DNA of 64,000 bases from the human T2T-CHM13v2.0 reference genome, Homo sapiens, in assembly GCF_009914755.1 (NCBI RefSeq), contig NC_060930.1; one strand, given 5' to 3'. Each line of letters opens with the position of its first letter. Positions within the stretch are counted from its first letter, which is position 1. Shown piece by piece: positions 44,401 to 58,099 of this stretch. The notes beneath the pieces are model-generated. The model searched no databases. It saw nothing but the letters and a program-made list of their open reading frames with translations, and was not told the DNA's origin. The position numbers and the translations under genes were made by a program.

Positions 44401-44841
44401 GGGAGCACTTGTGTAAAAATTACTGATCAACATCTGTTGGAGCCGTTTGCAAATTTTGAGAATAGTCTCATGGAAAACAATGCAAGTGAAAAAAAAAAAC
44501 TCTGGGAAAATCGAAGTTGTACAAGAAATGAAATATCACCTTAATACAATACTTGTCTCAACAGTGGACTATGTAGTAAAAAAATCCTAAGTATTAACTT
44601 GTTTTTAAAACATGCTGATCTAACTATTTGGGGACCTAAGGAGAGGCAGGCATAAGAGAATTAAATAACCATCTAGGATAACACAAAATAAACAGAATAT
44701 GTTTAATGTTGATGAATCAACAAATAGAAGAAAAAACATTTATTTAGAAACATGAAGGTAATTAGCAAAATAAAATGATAAAGAAGTTAATATGTGTTTG
44801 AGCAGGTTTGGAAAGTGGGGATGAGTGAAGAAGAAACATAA

Positions 44842-45174
<333 letters not shown>

Positions 45175-45374
45175 TAGTGTGTTACTTTGATAAACATTCT
45201 AATGTCACAAAAAGTTGAAAATAATGGAATAAATAATAAAGATCAATGTAGAGACATATCAAAAACTTTCCAACATATGTTACTAAGTGAAAAGGCAAGT
45301 ATGGCTCCCTGTAATTCTATATATCTATCTCCAAAAAGAAAAACAAACACTGAGCTGGTAGCAGTGGTGTTTCT

Positions 45375-45690
45375 TTTTCTTTTTCTTTTTTTTTTTTTTT
45401 TTTTTTTTGAGACGGAGTCTCACTCTGTCACCCAGGCTGGAGTGCAGTGGTGTGATCTCAGCTCACTGAAACCTCCACCTCCCAGGTTCAAGTGATTCTC
45501 CTGCCTTAGACTCCTGAGTAGCTGGGATTACAGGCGCCCGCCACCACGCCTGGCTAATTTTTTGTATTTTTAGTAGAGACAGGGTTTCACCATTTTAGCC
45601 AGGATGGTCTCGATCTCCTGACCCCATGATCTGCCCACCTTGGCCTCCCAAAGTGCTGGGATTACAGGGGTGAGCCACTGCAACTGGCCC
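45375..45690 (-). mobile_element. AluSc/Y-type
   Basis: AGCCAGGATGGTCTCGATCTCCTGACC; TSD GCAGTGGTGTTTCT. Confidence 0.95.
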
Positions 45691-46169
45691 TGCAGTGGTG
45701 TTTCTAGAAGATGCAATCATTAGGACTCTCACGTCCTATGTTATCTGTCCTGAAATGCTTGAAACTCGTTTGCAATGAATTTTTGTATATTACTTCTGTA
45801 AACCAAAGAAGAATAAGATAACCAAAAAAAGAAAATCTCTTAAAGAACTGGGGGAAAAAAAGTGAGATATGACCACATGAACAGCTCTAGGGGTGGCCCA
45901 AGTATGTAGTATCACATTTTAGAGTCCACTGCAATAGCCTGGTTTATCTATCCCCAGCACCAGCAGGTGTCTTGCAAAATGAGCCATCAATGTCCTGGAC
46001 AGCTGAAAGTAGCTGTTTGAGGGTAGCTTTCATTAACATTTGACAAACACAAACCAGCTCCATTTCTGGCCAGGTGGTGTGCTAGGCACAATGGAAGTAG
46101 TGAGATGCATCAGAAATGATCTCCAGTATTAAATGGGGCGTGGTGTCATGGGAGAAGCTTCCCTTTCTT

Positions 46170-46570
46170 AGTGTCAGAACACTGGTTTTCTTCAGAATGG
46201 CAGCACACCCAGCTAAAAGACCCCATTTGCTAGTCTTTCTTATGCTAAGAAAGATTGCTTTAAGAGAGCTGATTTAGCCTAAAGAAGGTATTTTTTTCCC
46301 CTCTCTTCTGCCACTCTGGGACACGGATATGATGGCTGGTGCTCCAGAAGCCATTTTAGACCATTAGGAAAGCTTCTGTCCAGAAGTCACAGATGGAAAA
46401 AGACAAAGGAAAGTGACAGGACTATGTGTCCCTGATCACACCTTGGACCTACTTATGACTGATCAGTGAGCCTTTTTTTGCTTGTGAGAGAAATGTATTT
46501 CTATCCTGCTTCTGCTATTGTTACTTAGAAGTTTTCTGCTATGCAGGCCAAGTCTCAGCCTCGGTGATAC
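46170..46570 (+). mobile_element. MLT1J-like MaLR LTR
   Basis: GGCAGCACACCCAGCTAAAAGAC...GATGGCTGGTGCTCCAGAAGCCATTTTAGACC. Confidence 0.6.
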
Positions 46571-46909
46571 TGAGGCAGGAAAATAGGGTCTGGAGGCAGG
46601 GAATATAAGGCCGATTCACACTTCAGCTATGACAGGAAATATCCACTCCATAGGGCGTACGCCGTAGATGACTTTGTAACTTTACTTCATGCTCTTCATT
46701 TACATAGGGCATACTCCAAGTAGAGGGTATTTAAACTCCCCAAAATTCTGGAACGGGCCTTTGAGCCCCTATGCTCAGGACTGCTCCAACACTGTGGCGT
46801 GTACTTTCATTTTCAATAAATCCATTCATTCCTTCCTTGCTTTGTTTGCACATTTTGTCCTATTCTTTGTTCAAGATGCCAAGAACCTGGACATCCTCCA
46901 CTGGTGCCA
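46571..46909 (+). mobile_element. MER61A-like ERV1 solo LTR
   Basis: TGAGGCAGGAAAATAGGGTCTGGAGGCAGGG...TTCAATAAA...CAAGAACCTGGACATCCTCCACTGGTGCCA; TG..CA ends and 4-bp TSD ATAC (46567-70 / 46910-13). Confidence 0.88.
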
Positions 46910-48562
46910 ATACTGTGCCTTTGGCAGCTGCCCCTCATGCTGTGTCAGTTATGTCGGTCCTTTGAGGACATACAGACCAAGAAAAACATGGTTTCCAGTT
47001 TTCCTTTGGAAAAAAAAAAAACTCTGAGGAAGAGCTTTGAACTGGAATGGGCATAAAATTATATTGTACCCCAGATTCCCATCCTGCAAAATAAGGGTAG
47101 CAGTGGAATAAGTTCCTCCTTTAATTTCCTATGGTAGATTATTCTGGAAAGTGTTTAGTCCCAACGGTGTCTCCTTACACATTGCTTATCTGCAGCTCAC
47201 CCACACTGTATTAAGAGAAGGGCTGTGTGTGTGCGGGAAATGCAAACTCAAGTGGCATCCTGGGCAAAACAAGATTAGGAGAGCGAATCTCTTGCAAAGG
47301 CAAGTCACGATGCTCTCCACAACCCGGTGTCAATGATGTCCAAGTCACCTTCAGGCAGCAGGCTCACCATGCTCAGATCACCTGCCAGTAACAGGGCCCA
47401 GCCTCTGAGAGGTCTCCTGAACCTCCACAGCACCCGCTCTGTGCTCAGCAATGCGATACCTGTGGAAGGATTGCCCAGGTGGCAGACATGGTTCCAGTCT
47501 TACTGAAGCAAACAAGTCATCTCTGTGGAAGTGGCTGTTCAGCATAGTATGGGTCCAAGCTAATGCAGTGTCCTCAGGCCTCAGAAGCCCAGGGTAGAAT
47601 GAAGTCCACACTTGCCTGGCACCCATTTCTCCCAGCCCCACTCCTGTTTCCCAGATGGGCTCTGCCACAAAGCCAGCCCCTGGACCCACCTCAGCTGTAG
47701 GCTGGGATCCACGGCCCGCAGGCTGTGGCGCAGGGCATGGCCTAATCCCCTGAGAACGCTGCTGCACCGAGAGCACACAGCCCTGCGTGGTGCGTCCCCC
47801 CAGGGTCCCAGGCAGAATGGATGAGTGTGGATGGGGCGAGGAAGTGTGCACAGGCTGAGGGCAGGGCCCCTCACCACCACTTAGTGTCCCAAACTGCCAG
47901 TTGGGCCTGGACATGACACTGCGCGCCTTTCCCACCAGCTCATACCTCTTTCCTGTGTGGAGATCAAACATCGTGTCTGGAATTGATTGGGGTATGCACT
48001 CAAACCCCAGCCTCCATTTCCCTGCCTGAACTCCTTGTCTCTCCTGGGCCTTTGTCTGTCAAACTCTTCCTTCTCTCCTCCCAGCAGCAAACGAAGCCCT
48101 CATTATCAGCCGCCTAAATGACGTCTGAAGGGAGCTGCAGCAGCAGTGATAAGGAGAAGTCATCTCGGGCTCGGCCCCACTTGCCCAGCAAGGAAATAAA
48201 CGAGCTTTCACTTCTCTCCACAGCCCAGAGCAAACCACTCCACATAAGGGGTGATGACCATGTCTTAATCCTCTCGGAGCTCCTGTGTCTAAGAAGATGC
48301 CTGGCACACAGCTGGCTGCCGGGGGAAAAGGGAGGGAGGAGGGAGGAAGACAGGGAGGGAGCTCCTCTGATACTAACTTCTATTTGGGGCCCTTCTGGAA
48401 ACAGGCACAGAGGGCAATGAGGGGAAATAGAGGCAGAAATGCCGTGACCTGCCCGGCTCAATGGTAACCTGCAGATGGTCCTCTTAGGTGTGACAGATTA
48501 TCAGTGACCTCCTCTCACAGAATGACCTACGCTCCTTGGCCCTCCTCTTCTCTCATGCTAGT

Positions 48563-48705
48563 CCTGCAAAGTCCAATACAGTAGTTGCTGGCCACCAGCG
48601 GCTATTCAAATTAACTGCTATGAAATGAAATTGAGAACTTAGCTCCTCCGTTGCTCCAGACACATCTCTAGTGCTTGCACGGGGCTAGCTACTATCATAC
48701 TGGTG
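48563..48705. mobile_element. MER3-like hAT MITE
   Basis: GTCCAATACAGTAG..GGCCAC..GGCTATTCAAATT...GGCTAGCTACTATCATACTGG. Confidence 0.6.
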
Positions 48706-48977
48706 CTATCTTATTTATGATAAAGGTGCACCTGACTATATACTGAGGGCTGTGATAGTACACGCCAGAAACCATAGTACTATATGCAAAAGTGCATTGT
48801 CACAACAGGTTCACAAAGCCTTGTTTTGTCTTCGCCTTCCATAACTGTACAAGCTCACTCCTTCATCTCCACCCCAAAGAGGAAGGGGTGCAGAGGGAAC
48901 AGGCCGTGCAGAGCACACGGGAACTCAACGGAAGTCAGCACCCCAGGAGCAGTGCAGGCACCTGGCATAGAACATCC

Positions 48978-49168
48978 AGGCTGCGGGTCTCAAGTCGGCA
49001 CTGCTGACGTTTGGGACATTAGTCGTGGGGACTGTCCTGTGCACCGTGGGATGTTTAGTCATTCCTGAACTCCACACTGGGTGCCAGCAGCATTCTCCCT
49101 CCCCTGATTGTGACAGGCAGCAGTGTCTCAGACTTTGCCAAACGTGCCCTGGGTGAGGACCACTGCCC
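48978..49168 (-). mobile_element. MER20
   Basis: GGCACTGCTGACGTTTGGG...GGGGACTGTCCTGTGCAC...TTGTGACA...GTCTCAGACTTTGCCAAACG. Confidence 0.8.
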
Positions 49169-49459
49169 TCCATGTCCTCCTGAGCGATTCTCACAGTTCT
49201 TGTGGAGCTCAGCTCTGTGCCTCCTGCCCTGGACTCTTGCCTGAGACTCAGCCCCATATGTGCAACATAAACTTAGCTATCGAGCTGAGTTTAAACGTCC
49301 TCACCCCCTCTCGACACACAAACATTCTATTTTGCTTACAGGAAGATTTACCTTTTTACAGATTGTTTTGTGTTGTTCATGATCATAAAGAAACATTTGA
49401 TGTACCCATCTTTTATTTCTTCCACTTTTCTTTTAAAATTTAAAAAAAGTTAATAACCT

Positions 49460-50135
49460 CATTTTTAAGTTGCAGTAAAATACACATAAAATTTACCATC
49501 TTAACCACTTGAATTTACAGTCCAATCATATTAAATATATTTAAATTGCATACACCATGTCTAGAAAGCTTCATGTCTTGCAGAACTGACACTCTGTACC
49601 CCTTGAACACCAACTCCCCGCTCCTTCCTCTCCTCAGCCACCATTCTACTTTCTGTCTCTGTGAATTTGTCTACTCTAGGAACCTCATGTAAGTGGAATC
49701 ATACAGTGTTTGTCTTTTTGTGTCTGGATTATTTCACTTAGCATAACATCCTCAAGGTTCATCCATGATGTATCATGGGACTGGATTTCCCTCCTTTTTA
49801 GGGCTGAATAATATCCCATTACATATATGGACCACATTTGGTTTATTCATTCATCAGTGGACATTTGGATGGCTTCCAGCTGTTGTCTATTGTGAGTAAT
49901 GCTACTATGAACACAGATGTGCGGACACCTGTTTGAATACCTGCTTTCAATTCTTGTGGGTGTATACTCAAAAGTGGAGTTGCCGGATCCCATGATAATT
50001 CCATGTTGAATTTTTCGAGGAAGCACCATATTGTTTGCCACAGAGATGTGTGTGACATTCCCATCAACAGTGCAGAAGGATCCCAGTTTCTCCACGTCCT
50101 CTCCAGCACTTGTGATTTTCTGTCCTTTGGTAGTA
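49460..50135 (-). mobile_element. L1MB 3' end (antisense)
   Basis: GTAAAATACACATAAAATTTACCATCTTAACC...CCACCATTCTACTTTCTGTCTCTGTGAATTTG...AATGCTACTATGAACA. Confidence 0.88.
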
Positions 50136-50218
50136 GCTGCCTTACTCCGTTCAGGCTGCCATAATGGAATACCATAAACATGGGGTTTCCAGGATATTTG
50201 ATTGGAGAAAATACCTTA

Positions 50219-50593
50219 TGATATCGTTTGGTTGTGTCCCCACCCAAATCTCATCTTGAATTGTAGTTCTCATAATCCCGACATGTCGTTGGAGGGACCC
50301 TGTGGGAGGTAATTGAATCATGGGAGTGATTACCACCATGCTGTCCTCATGATAGTGAGTTCTCATGAGATCTGATGGTTTTATAAGCATCTGGCATTTT
50401 CCCCTGCTTGCTCTCACTCTGTCCTGCCACCCTATGAAGAAGGCGCCTGCTTCTCCTTTCCCTTCTGCCATGTTTGTAAGTTTCCTGAGGCCTCCCCAGC
50501 CGTGCAGAACTGTGAGTCAATTAAACCTCTTTCCTTTATAAATGACCCAGTCTTGAGCAGTTCTTTATAACAGCGTGAGAACGGACTAATATA
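50219..50593 (+). mobile_element. THE1 (C/D-like) solo LTR
   Basis: TGATATCGTTTGGTTGTGTCCCCACCCAAATCTCATCTTGAATTG...GGACTAATATA; 5-bp TSD CCTTA (50214-18 / 50594-98). Confidence 0.94.
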
Positions 50594-50689
50594 CCTTACA
50601 AGGAAATTTACAATTGTCCACCACACGCCAACGGAGGCAAAGGCAAGCTATCTGGGCCTGTTTTACACAACTGGAGTCAGGTGCCCAGT

Positions 50690-51065
50690 GAGTCAGATGG
50701 GATGCGTTTGGTTACAAGAACCAGAACACCTTGTGGCAAAAGCAACAAGGAAGATAGGTTAACACACATGAAGAAGTCCAGACATGGGAGTCCCAGTGTT
50801 AGTTGACTCAGTAGATTGACAAGTTCAAAAGTTCAGGTTTGTGTCTCAGCTTTGCTTGGTTTTCTTCTTGGGACTTCAGTTCTGGCAGCTGGCCCTGTCC
50901 TGTTGGTGAATTTCAGATTGGACACATAGTCTTACCAAAATGATGGGTATAAAGATAAAGCAGCTGAAATTTCAGACACATGCCACACCTGGCCTGCAAA
51001 ATTCAGAGGAATATCCGCTTTGCTTCCTGGCTATGTTGGGTCATGAGCCAACTCACCCCATGAAT
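50690..51065 (-). mobile_element. Old MLT1 LTR fragment
   Basis: GTCAGATGGGATGCGTTTGGTTACAAGAACCAGAAC...AAGAAGTCCAGA. Confidence 0.4.
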
Positions 51066-52973
51066 CCAGCCTGTCTCAGTAACCCACCCCAAACTTTCTC
51101 TGCAAGAAGGCAGGCCACCTCAGACTATCAGCCCCTATTAATCAGATATAAACTGTTCATTGACTGTGCGAGCTCAACTGCACTGTGTGGAAATTTGTGA
51201 GGGGCTTGGAAGCAAAAGCAACAATGACTCTTCCAACAAACAATTATTGAGTGTCTACTCTGGATAATTCTGTGCTTGGTACTATGCACACAAAGATGCA
51301 GAAGATGTAATTGCGACCCTAGCTCAGAGATTACAGTCAACAAATGCTGGCTCCCTCTCCAGCCAGCTCCCCTACCTGGATAGTCCGGTTGAACACAAAC
51401 TGAGTAGATTCCTCTCCCAAAGGCCTATCCCTAGTTTGTCCCTGTGATCACCAGACGTTTGCCTCATATTGAATTCATGACAGATGATTGGCCTGGGAGA
51501 GGGTGAGAAGAAAGTGACATTTCTTCAATTTTTTCATGCAAGGTTACAAACACATTGAACACAGTGTTATCCCCTTCGCACACCAGCGGTCAAGTGACAA
51601 TGCGGGGCAGGTCGCTCCACGGGCCGCTAGGCATCTTCCTGTGACCTCCTCTGGCCAGAGCCCCTGGGTGCCACCACTGCACAGAAACACGTCTTCAGAT
51701 TTCTCCCCCTATTGGCATGTGTCAACTGCGGTCAGTCCCGTACGTCTTGCCAAGAAGTAGTTGCAAAACACGAATCTGATTGATCTTATCTGTTGGTAGA
51801 AAAAAAATCAGTGCAGTGCAGTGCTTGTGGGAGAAACTTCATTTTGTATAAGATCAGGGAGGTAAGCATTTCAGTCCATGTCTTTTTTTTTTTTTTTCAT
51901 CTTTTAATTTTTCCCTCAGTGCACATGCAGGGAGGCGTCTGTGTGGCTCCTTTAACTGCCATTTCATTTCTGTTTCTGGAGTCCACAGTTGGAAGGAGGG
52001 AGTCAGGGAACTTCATTTTAGATAAAGAAAGGGGAAAAGTTCCCCTGAGAGCTCTCCCACCCTCCCAGAGTGTCACTCTCCCTTCCCGAGTGCAGGCAGG
52101 ACATCTGTGTGCCACAGATGTCTGCAGCCAATTACATTTAATCAGGGCAGACCAAGAGGGCACCATTTTCCTATCAGAGATCTAAACGTGTATGAAAAGT
52201 GCAGATCTTGCAGAGGTCCAAAACGAATGTGATGTGGGTTTTTAAATTTTGCTTTGTTTTGTTTTGTCTTACTTTATATACACTATTTAACCCTTAGCTG
52301 ATGTGATGATCAAGTGACAGAAACCCTCCGTCAGAAACCTGAGTAGCCAAGATTGATCCAGGCAGCTGTCCCTGGAGAAGTGGCCTGAAGGGAGGTAAAA
52401 ACACATTTCTTTCACTGTACCCACAACCACAATCCAATAATGCAAACATCAACTCAAGAGACACATTAGAGGCATTTTACTCACATCCCTAACCAAGGCA
52501 CCAATGTTATAAAGTATTTCAAAGTCAACCTTCCATACTTCTATCTATTCTTGCAACGGATGTTACATTTACTGTGGTTCTTGTTCATTCTGGCAGTGTT
52601 TACTAACTGCTGAGCAGGTGCTCCTGTACTGTGTTAGAGATTATATTCTCAAAGCTCATGTGCTTGAAGGGCTGACAGCATTTTACAGAGACAACATATA
52701 AACATATAAATACTGGGGCTGGGTGTAAGATAAGGTATGAAGAAAGCTATGACTCCTGCATCCCAGTCTGGGCCAGATGGGGAGGCTTGACTGGGAAACA
52801 TTTCCTGATGGAGCTCAATAGACTATTTGGGACATCACCACCAACCCCCCCACCGCCGCCCCCCCGGGCTTTCTCCCTGTCCAGGTAAAAACTCCAAATA
52901 TATAACTCCCCAAACTAGGAGAGGTCTCCAATTCAATTACAGTAATACACCCTGAATGGCATTCCCAGCTGTC

Positions 52974-52977
<4 letters not shown>

Positions 52978-53005
<28 letters not shown>
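52978..53005. repeat. (CA)n microsatellite
   Basis: Perfect CA run. Confidence 0.95.
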
Positions 53006-53009
<4 letters not shown>

Positions 53010-53591
53010 CACATATGATACAAATTCTCATTTATACAACATTATTCCTCATAGTCCCCCTGTAGACTGCACAATTGTTGATGGTTCTTACTGCCAACTT
53101 GGGTTTCCCATAATTATTTTAACGCATTACTCTGTGCCTTCAGTTCTTCATCCATTTCCTCTGGCATAGCTCACACTAGCCCAGCAACATCCCTCCCTTT
53201 GCTCCCACCCTGACCTGCCACCCCCACGCTTCTCCTGCAAGGAGGCTGCTCTCTTCACTCACACGTCTTGTAAGTGTCACAGGTACTATTTAAGGACTTT
53301 GAATGTGGGATAACTGGGAGTTCAAAAGAATCTTCCCACCCTGAGCCCTTTTCGATCATTCAGGCAACTGTTAAGATTCCTACTGAGTCATATACTTCTT
53401 AATATCCTCCAGTTCCCAAAGCGCCACATGTCTCACCTCACCACTTGGATTCCTTTCATCAAGCCTATCTCTCTTCTAGGAGTCTACATGCAAATGTCTT
53501 CTCTTTCTGGACTTAGTACATTGGTGTAGATCTGAGATCACCAATATCTTTAATTCTTTTTCAAAGAATCTCCCACCTGGTCCTGGATTCC

Positions 53592-53906
53592 TGTCTTGGT
53601 CAATTTTCTGCTGCTATAACAGAATGTTACATGTCGGGTAACTTTTACAATTCTGGAGCTGGGAAGTCCTATATCAAGGTGCTGGCATCTGGTGAGGCCC
53701 TTCTTGCTGTGTCATCCCATGGTGGGGGATCTCTTTTTCTCTTCTTATAAAGCCATGACTTTATAAGTCATGGAGGCCCTGCCCAGATGACCTTACCTAA
53801 TTCTAATTACATCCTCAAAGGCCCCACCTCCAAAAAGCATCAACACATGAATTTGGAGATTAAGTTTCCAACACTTGAAATCTGGGGACACATTCAAACC
53901 ATAGCA
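53592..53906 (-). mobile_element. MST-type MaLR LTR (deleted)
   Basis: TGTCTTGGTC..TTTTCTGCTGCTATAACAGAAT...GGGGACACATTCAAACCATAGCA. Confidence 0.82.
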
Positions 53907-53929
53907 ACCTCCCAAAAACTTTAGCCACT

Positions 53930-54474
53930 GATTTAGTTGGAAGGCATCTGGTTGCAAGCAGCAGAAAATTCACCCATCAGTGACCTAAAACAAAAAGACA
54001 TATTTTTATTTATTAACAAGAAGTCCTGTCCTAGAGTGGGTGGCCCAGGCTTAGTTTCATCATGACTTTTTTCAAAGACTCAGGTTCAATTTTCCCATTT
54101 TGCCAACCTCAGAGGATGGGAGCTGCTCCCCACCTTGATTACAGAATCACCATAGGGGTTCTAAGCGTTGGGTATTCACATGACAACACCCAAAGTTTGA
54201 GCAACCTCCTTTCTCATCATGTAGGGAGAACTGTTGCCAAAGCCCCTTCCCTGCCCAGCGTACTTCACTTAGATTGTATTGGCCAGAAGTGATTCACCTC
54301 CCCATGCCTACAGTGATCACTGGCACACGGTGGTTGCCATGATTTACTTAGATAAATTATGGCTGATCCTCTGGGTTGAGCACATTGCCAACTCCTCTTT
54401 CTGAAAATTGGAATTGTATGAGAAAATGAGAAGGGAGAATAGCTGTCAGGAGGCAACCGATCATGTTTGCCACA
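53930..54474 (-). mobile_element. MLT1J-like LTR
   Basis: GGTTGCAAGCAGCAGAAAA...ATTGGCCAGAA...AAAATTGGAATTGT..GAGAAGGGAGAATAG...GTTTGCCACA. Confidence 0.65.
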
Positions 54475-55029
54475 GTTGCTTTCTCAAAAAGTTATCTAAA
54501 TATAGCAACGTTGAACACAAATCTAGTATCTGACCTGAAGGCTTCATGTCCACTCTTTGCCACAGCATCTCTGTGGAAGACTAGGGCAGTTACCCATGTC
54601 CTGCAATTCCAACACTCTCCTAAAACATTCTCTACCCCTCTTTTCAGCCCTACCCTTTAAGTGGAAGTTTTTTTAAAGTACTTTTTTAAAAAAATCAAGA
54701 GAATAAGAAAATATCATTTGGATTTGTTTAATAAAATTAGGGAAGATGATTGGCAGCATTGGTATAATTCTAACAATATTATTCTGATGGAGGATCCATT
54801 TACTTAGTCATCCTTATTTGGATATAACAGATACTCTGGCATCAACACAGTGTCTCCATATCTGTGTTAGTTAAATGCATTAGTACAGTAATAAAAGTTG
54901 GAAAAGTCTTTCCTGACTCAAGCATGTTTACTACCATCTCTGGTACCATGTGAAGGGTCTTTCTACAAGGAGGCAGTGACTCTAGATCCTACTGGACCTC
55001 CAGGAAAGGAACAACTAACTGTGCTCAGA

Positions 55030-55760
55030 GCTGGTCAGGGAAGGCTTCAAAGAAGAGCTATGTTTTCCACTGATCTTGAAGGATGAGCAGGAATTCACTG
55101 CAGGGGAGAAAGAGAGAAGGGTATTCCAGGCTGAGGGACAAGACACAAAGGCACCAAAGCATGAAGAGTGTGGCAGATACTGGGCCAGAGCAGTCAGGAG
55201 ACGTGAGCTTCAGGCTGGGAAAAGAGGATCATAGAGGAGGCTGAGAAGGTGGGTGGAGGGCAGACTCTGATGGGCCTAGGCACGTTGTCGTAGTCTGTGC
55301 TGCTATAACAAAATATCTGAGACTGGGTGATTTATAAAGAACAGAAATAGACTTCTCACAGTTCTGGAGGCTGGTAAGTTCAAGATCAAGGCAGAGGCTT
55401 CTGGTGAGGACCTTCTTACTTCATCCTCACACGGTGGAGGTGGGAGAGCCAGAGGGACTACTGCTGTGCCCTCACATGGCAAAAGAGTGAAGAGAGTGAC
55501 CCGTGCCCGCAAGCCCTTTTATAGCAGCACTAATCCCTTCATGAAGGCAGAGCCCTTATGGTGTAGCCATCTCCCCAAAAGGCCCACCACACAACACTGT
55601 TGCATCGGGGAGTAAGTTTTCAGTACATGAATTTTTGAAGTGGACAAAAACATTCAAATCACAGCATATGCCAAAGCTTGAACTTTAAATTACAAAGAAT
55701 AGGAGCAATGAAAGATTCTTGAGAAAGTAAGAGACATAGCCAATCTGACCAGTCTTTTGC
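55030..55760 (-). mobile_element. L2 fragment split by an MST LTR
   Basis: GGTCAGGGAAGGCTTC...TCTTGAAGGATGAGCAGGAATTC...GGTATTCCAGGCTGAGGGAC. Confidence 0.65.
55286..55666 (-). mobile_element. MSTC/D-type MaLR LTR
   Basis: TGTCGTAGTCTGTGCTGCTATAACAAAATATCTGAGACTGGGTGATTTATAAAGAACAG...ACATTCAAATCACAGCA. Confidence 0.88.
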
Positions 55761-56741
55761 AGGCAGGAAGGTTAAGATGGGTTAAGAGTCTCCCAGGTTC
55801 CATGATTATATGACCTGCTGAGGTCTGAAGAATTTATAGTATGCTGTTCATACTGTGTCCCGGTAAGAACTATTCCACTTAGTACACCATGGTAATTGTT
55901 TACAGGCTGAAACTAGTTGAAATTGCTTATATTTGAGAAATCATTGGCCTTCCTGGCTTAATTTAAAAGCAAACAAAACAAAAAACCTAACAGCAAAGCT
56001 ATAAAACTGCATGACCAGCAAAGCTCAGAAAAAGTCATGCATAAAATCAATAAATTCTAATCTTTTATAAGTAACATATCCCTTCTGAATACTGGGTTAA
56101 AGGAGAGTGGGAGAGAGGTTTTGGGTCTACTATTAAGGTAATCATATAAAAACAGATGTAGGAAAGTGGCTATCCATGCAAGAATAGTTATATAAATACA
56201 AATGCCTACTGATATGCAACACTGAATTTCATGTACACCTAACAGTCCTGTGAAATGTTCACATTGTCTAAATTCCAGGACTCTGTGAAGCTGCACTTTA
56301 AAACATCATATTACTTAAAAATGAAAAAGAACTAGCAGATTTCTTGCCACTCTAATAGTCTAGGTTAGAGGTGACAGACAGCTTCAGCACTCAGGCAAGA
56401 TCAATTGATTCAACTGCATGGGAAAAAATTCCAGGACTATGTTGGGATCAGGGCAGAGGAGTGGGATGGAGTAGAGGTGCTGGCACAGGTAAGGATAGCC
56501 AGGCATCCCCATGATCACCATCCTTGCCCTCCCTGGCTGAAGCTGTACCCTGGATGGTAGGCTGAATCATTACCTGACAGATCAATGTAACTCCTCAAGT
56601 TCCAGATTTTACCCTATCATTGAAAAAGAAAACTCCCAGCTCTCCAAATTTTCCAACCCCATTAACCTAATGGACATTGCTTCAAAACCCTGACACTCAT
56701 TTCAAATCAGCAGAAAAAAATAAGTCTGTCAAGCAGTGAAA

Positions 56742-56998
56742 GAATAATAATGATCAGTTATGGTACGCCTACTGGGTGCTGTGTGGCAGGTGCCAGGATG
56801 AGCTCTTTGCCTATGTCCTCCATTCGACCTTATAGCAATCCTGTTATTACAGTGGCATTATCCCCAATTTACAGGTAAGAAAATATACTACGGAGCAGTT
56901 AAGGAAGTTGCGTAAGTCACATAGCTGAAGAGTGGTAGAGCCAGTAGAACACAGGTCTGCCCATCTGCAAAGCCTGGCCCTTCGCTACTTCAGCACAC
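56742..56998 (-). mobile_element. MIR, near full length
   Basis: ATTATCCCCAATTTACAGGTAAGAAAA...GTTAAGGAAGTTGCGTAAGTCACATAGCT. Confidence 0.8.
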
Positions 56999-57121
56999 TT
57001 CTTGAACAGGGCAGGAACAGCTGTTTAACCCACTGGGAAACACGCAATTTAAAGGAAATACACTAAGAAGTCCTACTTCATAGCCCATGCCCAAAGTATG
57101 TCTCACTTTGACATGGAATCT

Positions 57122-57215
57122 TCTAGAATGTAAGGCAGGGCCTTTGTCTGCCTTGCTTCTTTAGTGTCCTTGTCCCTAGGAGAGGGCCTGACATAAAATA
57201 AGTACATTCTACCAG
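57122..57215 (+). mobile_element. L2 3' end
   Basis: CTAGAATGTAAGGCAGGGCCTTTGTCTG...CCTAGGAGAGGGCCTGACATAAAATAAGTAC. Confidence 0.65.
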
Positions 57216-58099
57216 GAGTAAGGAATTCTCAGACCCAAACATGCCCCTGGCATAATTTGCTTCCTTTAGCTGAGAATGCCACATTTGGCCACTTTTATCC
57301 CATGTCAGCCTTTGATTCAATTACAAGAAATGATGTAGCCCAGTTTCCATAGAGAATTTTCTAGCTTAAAAGCACAACAAAGATGCAGCATAATCCAGCC
57401 AGAGTCAGAGTGCGCAATAACCATCAGAACAGAACCTACCCCTTCCTTAGGTGTCACTGAGCCAGCTTAGAACAGAGACTGGCTGCTTCCAAGGTGCGAG
57501 GGACGGGCTACACACACAGCAGCAGGGAAGCTAGGGCCCCTGGGGTCTTTCCCGGCAAGTTTCATCACCACAGATCAGAAGTGGTCAAGAGACACAGGGC
57601 AGCTCAACCTGTTGGCGATTATTGTCTGGTTTTACAGCTGCCATAAAACAAAACTGATGAAATTCAGCAAACATTCCCATCACAGAAGTCACCATCTCCA
57701 CCTCAGGGCACTCCAGCAAGGGTGTGAGTGGCAGGAGGTTAGGGGAATGGGCATGGGAGAGGAGCAGGTCCGGATCTGTGGAGGGTGGTCGTCAGGGTTG
57801 CGTTGATAAAGGAAGGAGAGGAAAGAGTTCAGCCTTGCAGACCTTGTGGTCCTGCTTGATTCAGTCTGGCCTCCTCACCTGAGATGATTCTTGGGTACAC
57901 TTGCATCATTTTAAGCCTAACTCTCAACTCTAGGCCCTTGTCCTTCACTCTCCCCAGTCAGATCAAAGACTGGTTGAGAAGGGGACCTTTGCAGCTTGCT
58001 GTATAAGAGGCAGTGAGTGGCGTACAGTACCAAGAGCAGGGTCTTTGGAAGGTCCAGGGGCCTGCAGCTTCCCTCAAGGTGCAAGGGCTGGGGAGACAC

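Noticed and set aside
46571-46909. p53 response element in the MER61 LTR
   Set aside because: No paired RRRCWWGYYY decamers seen in this copy.
50490-50503. PRDM9 hotspot motif in THE1
   Set aside because: Reads CCTCCCCAGCCGT, lacking the T and final C of CCNCCNTNNCCNC.
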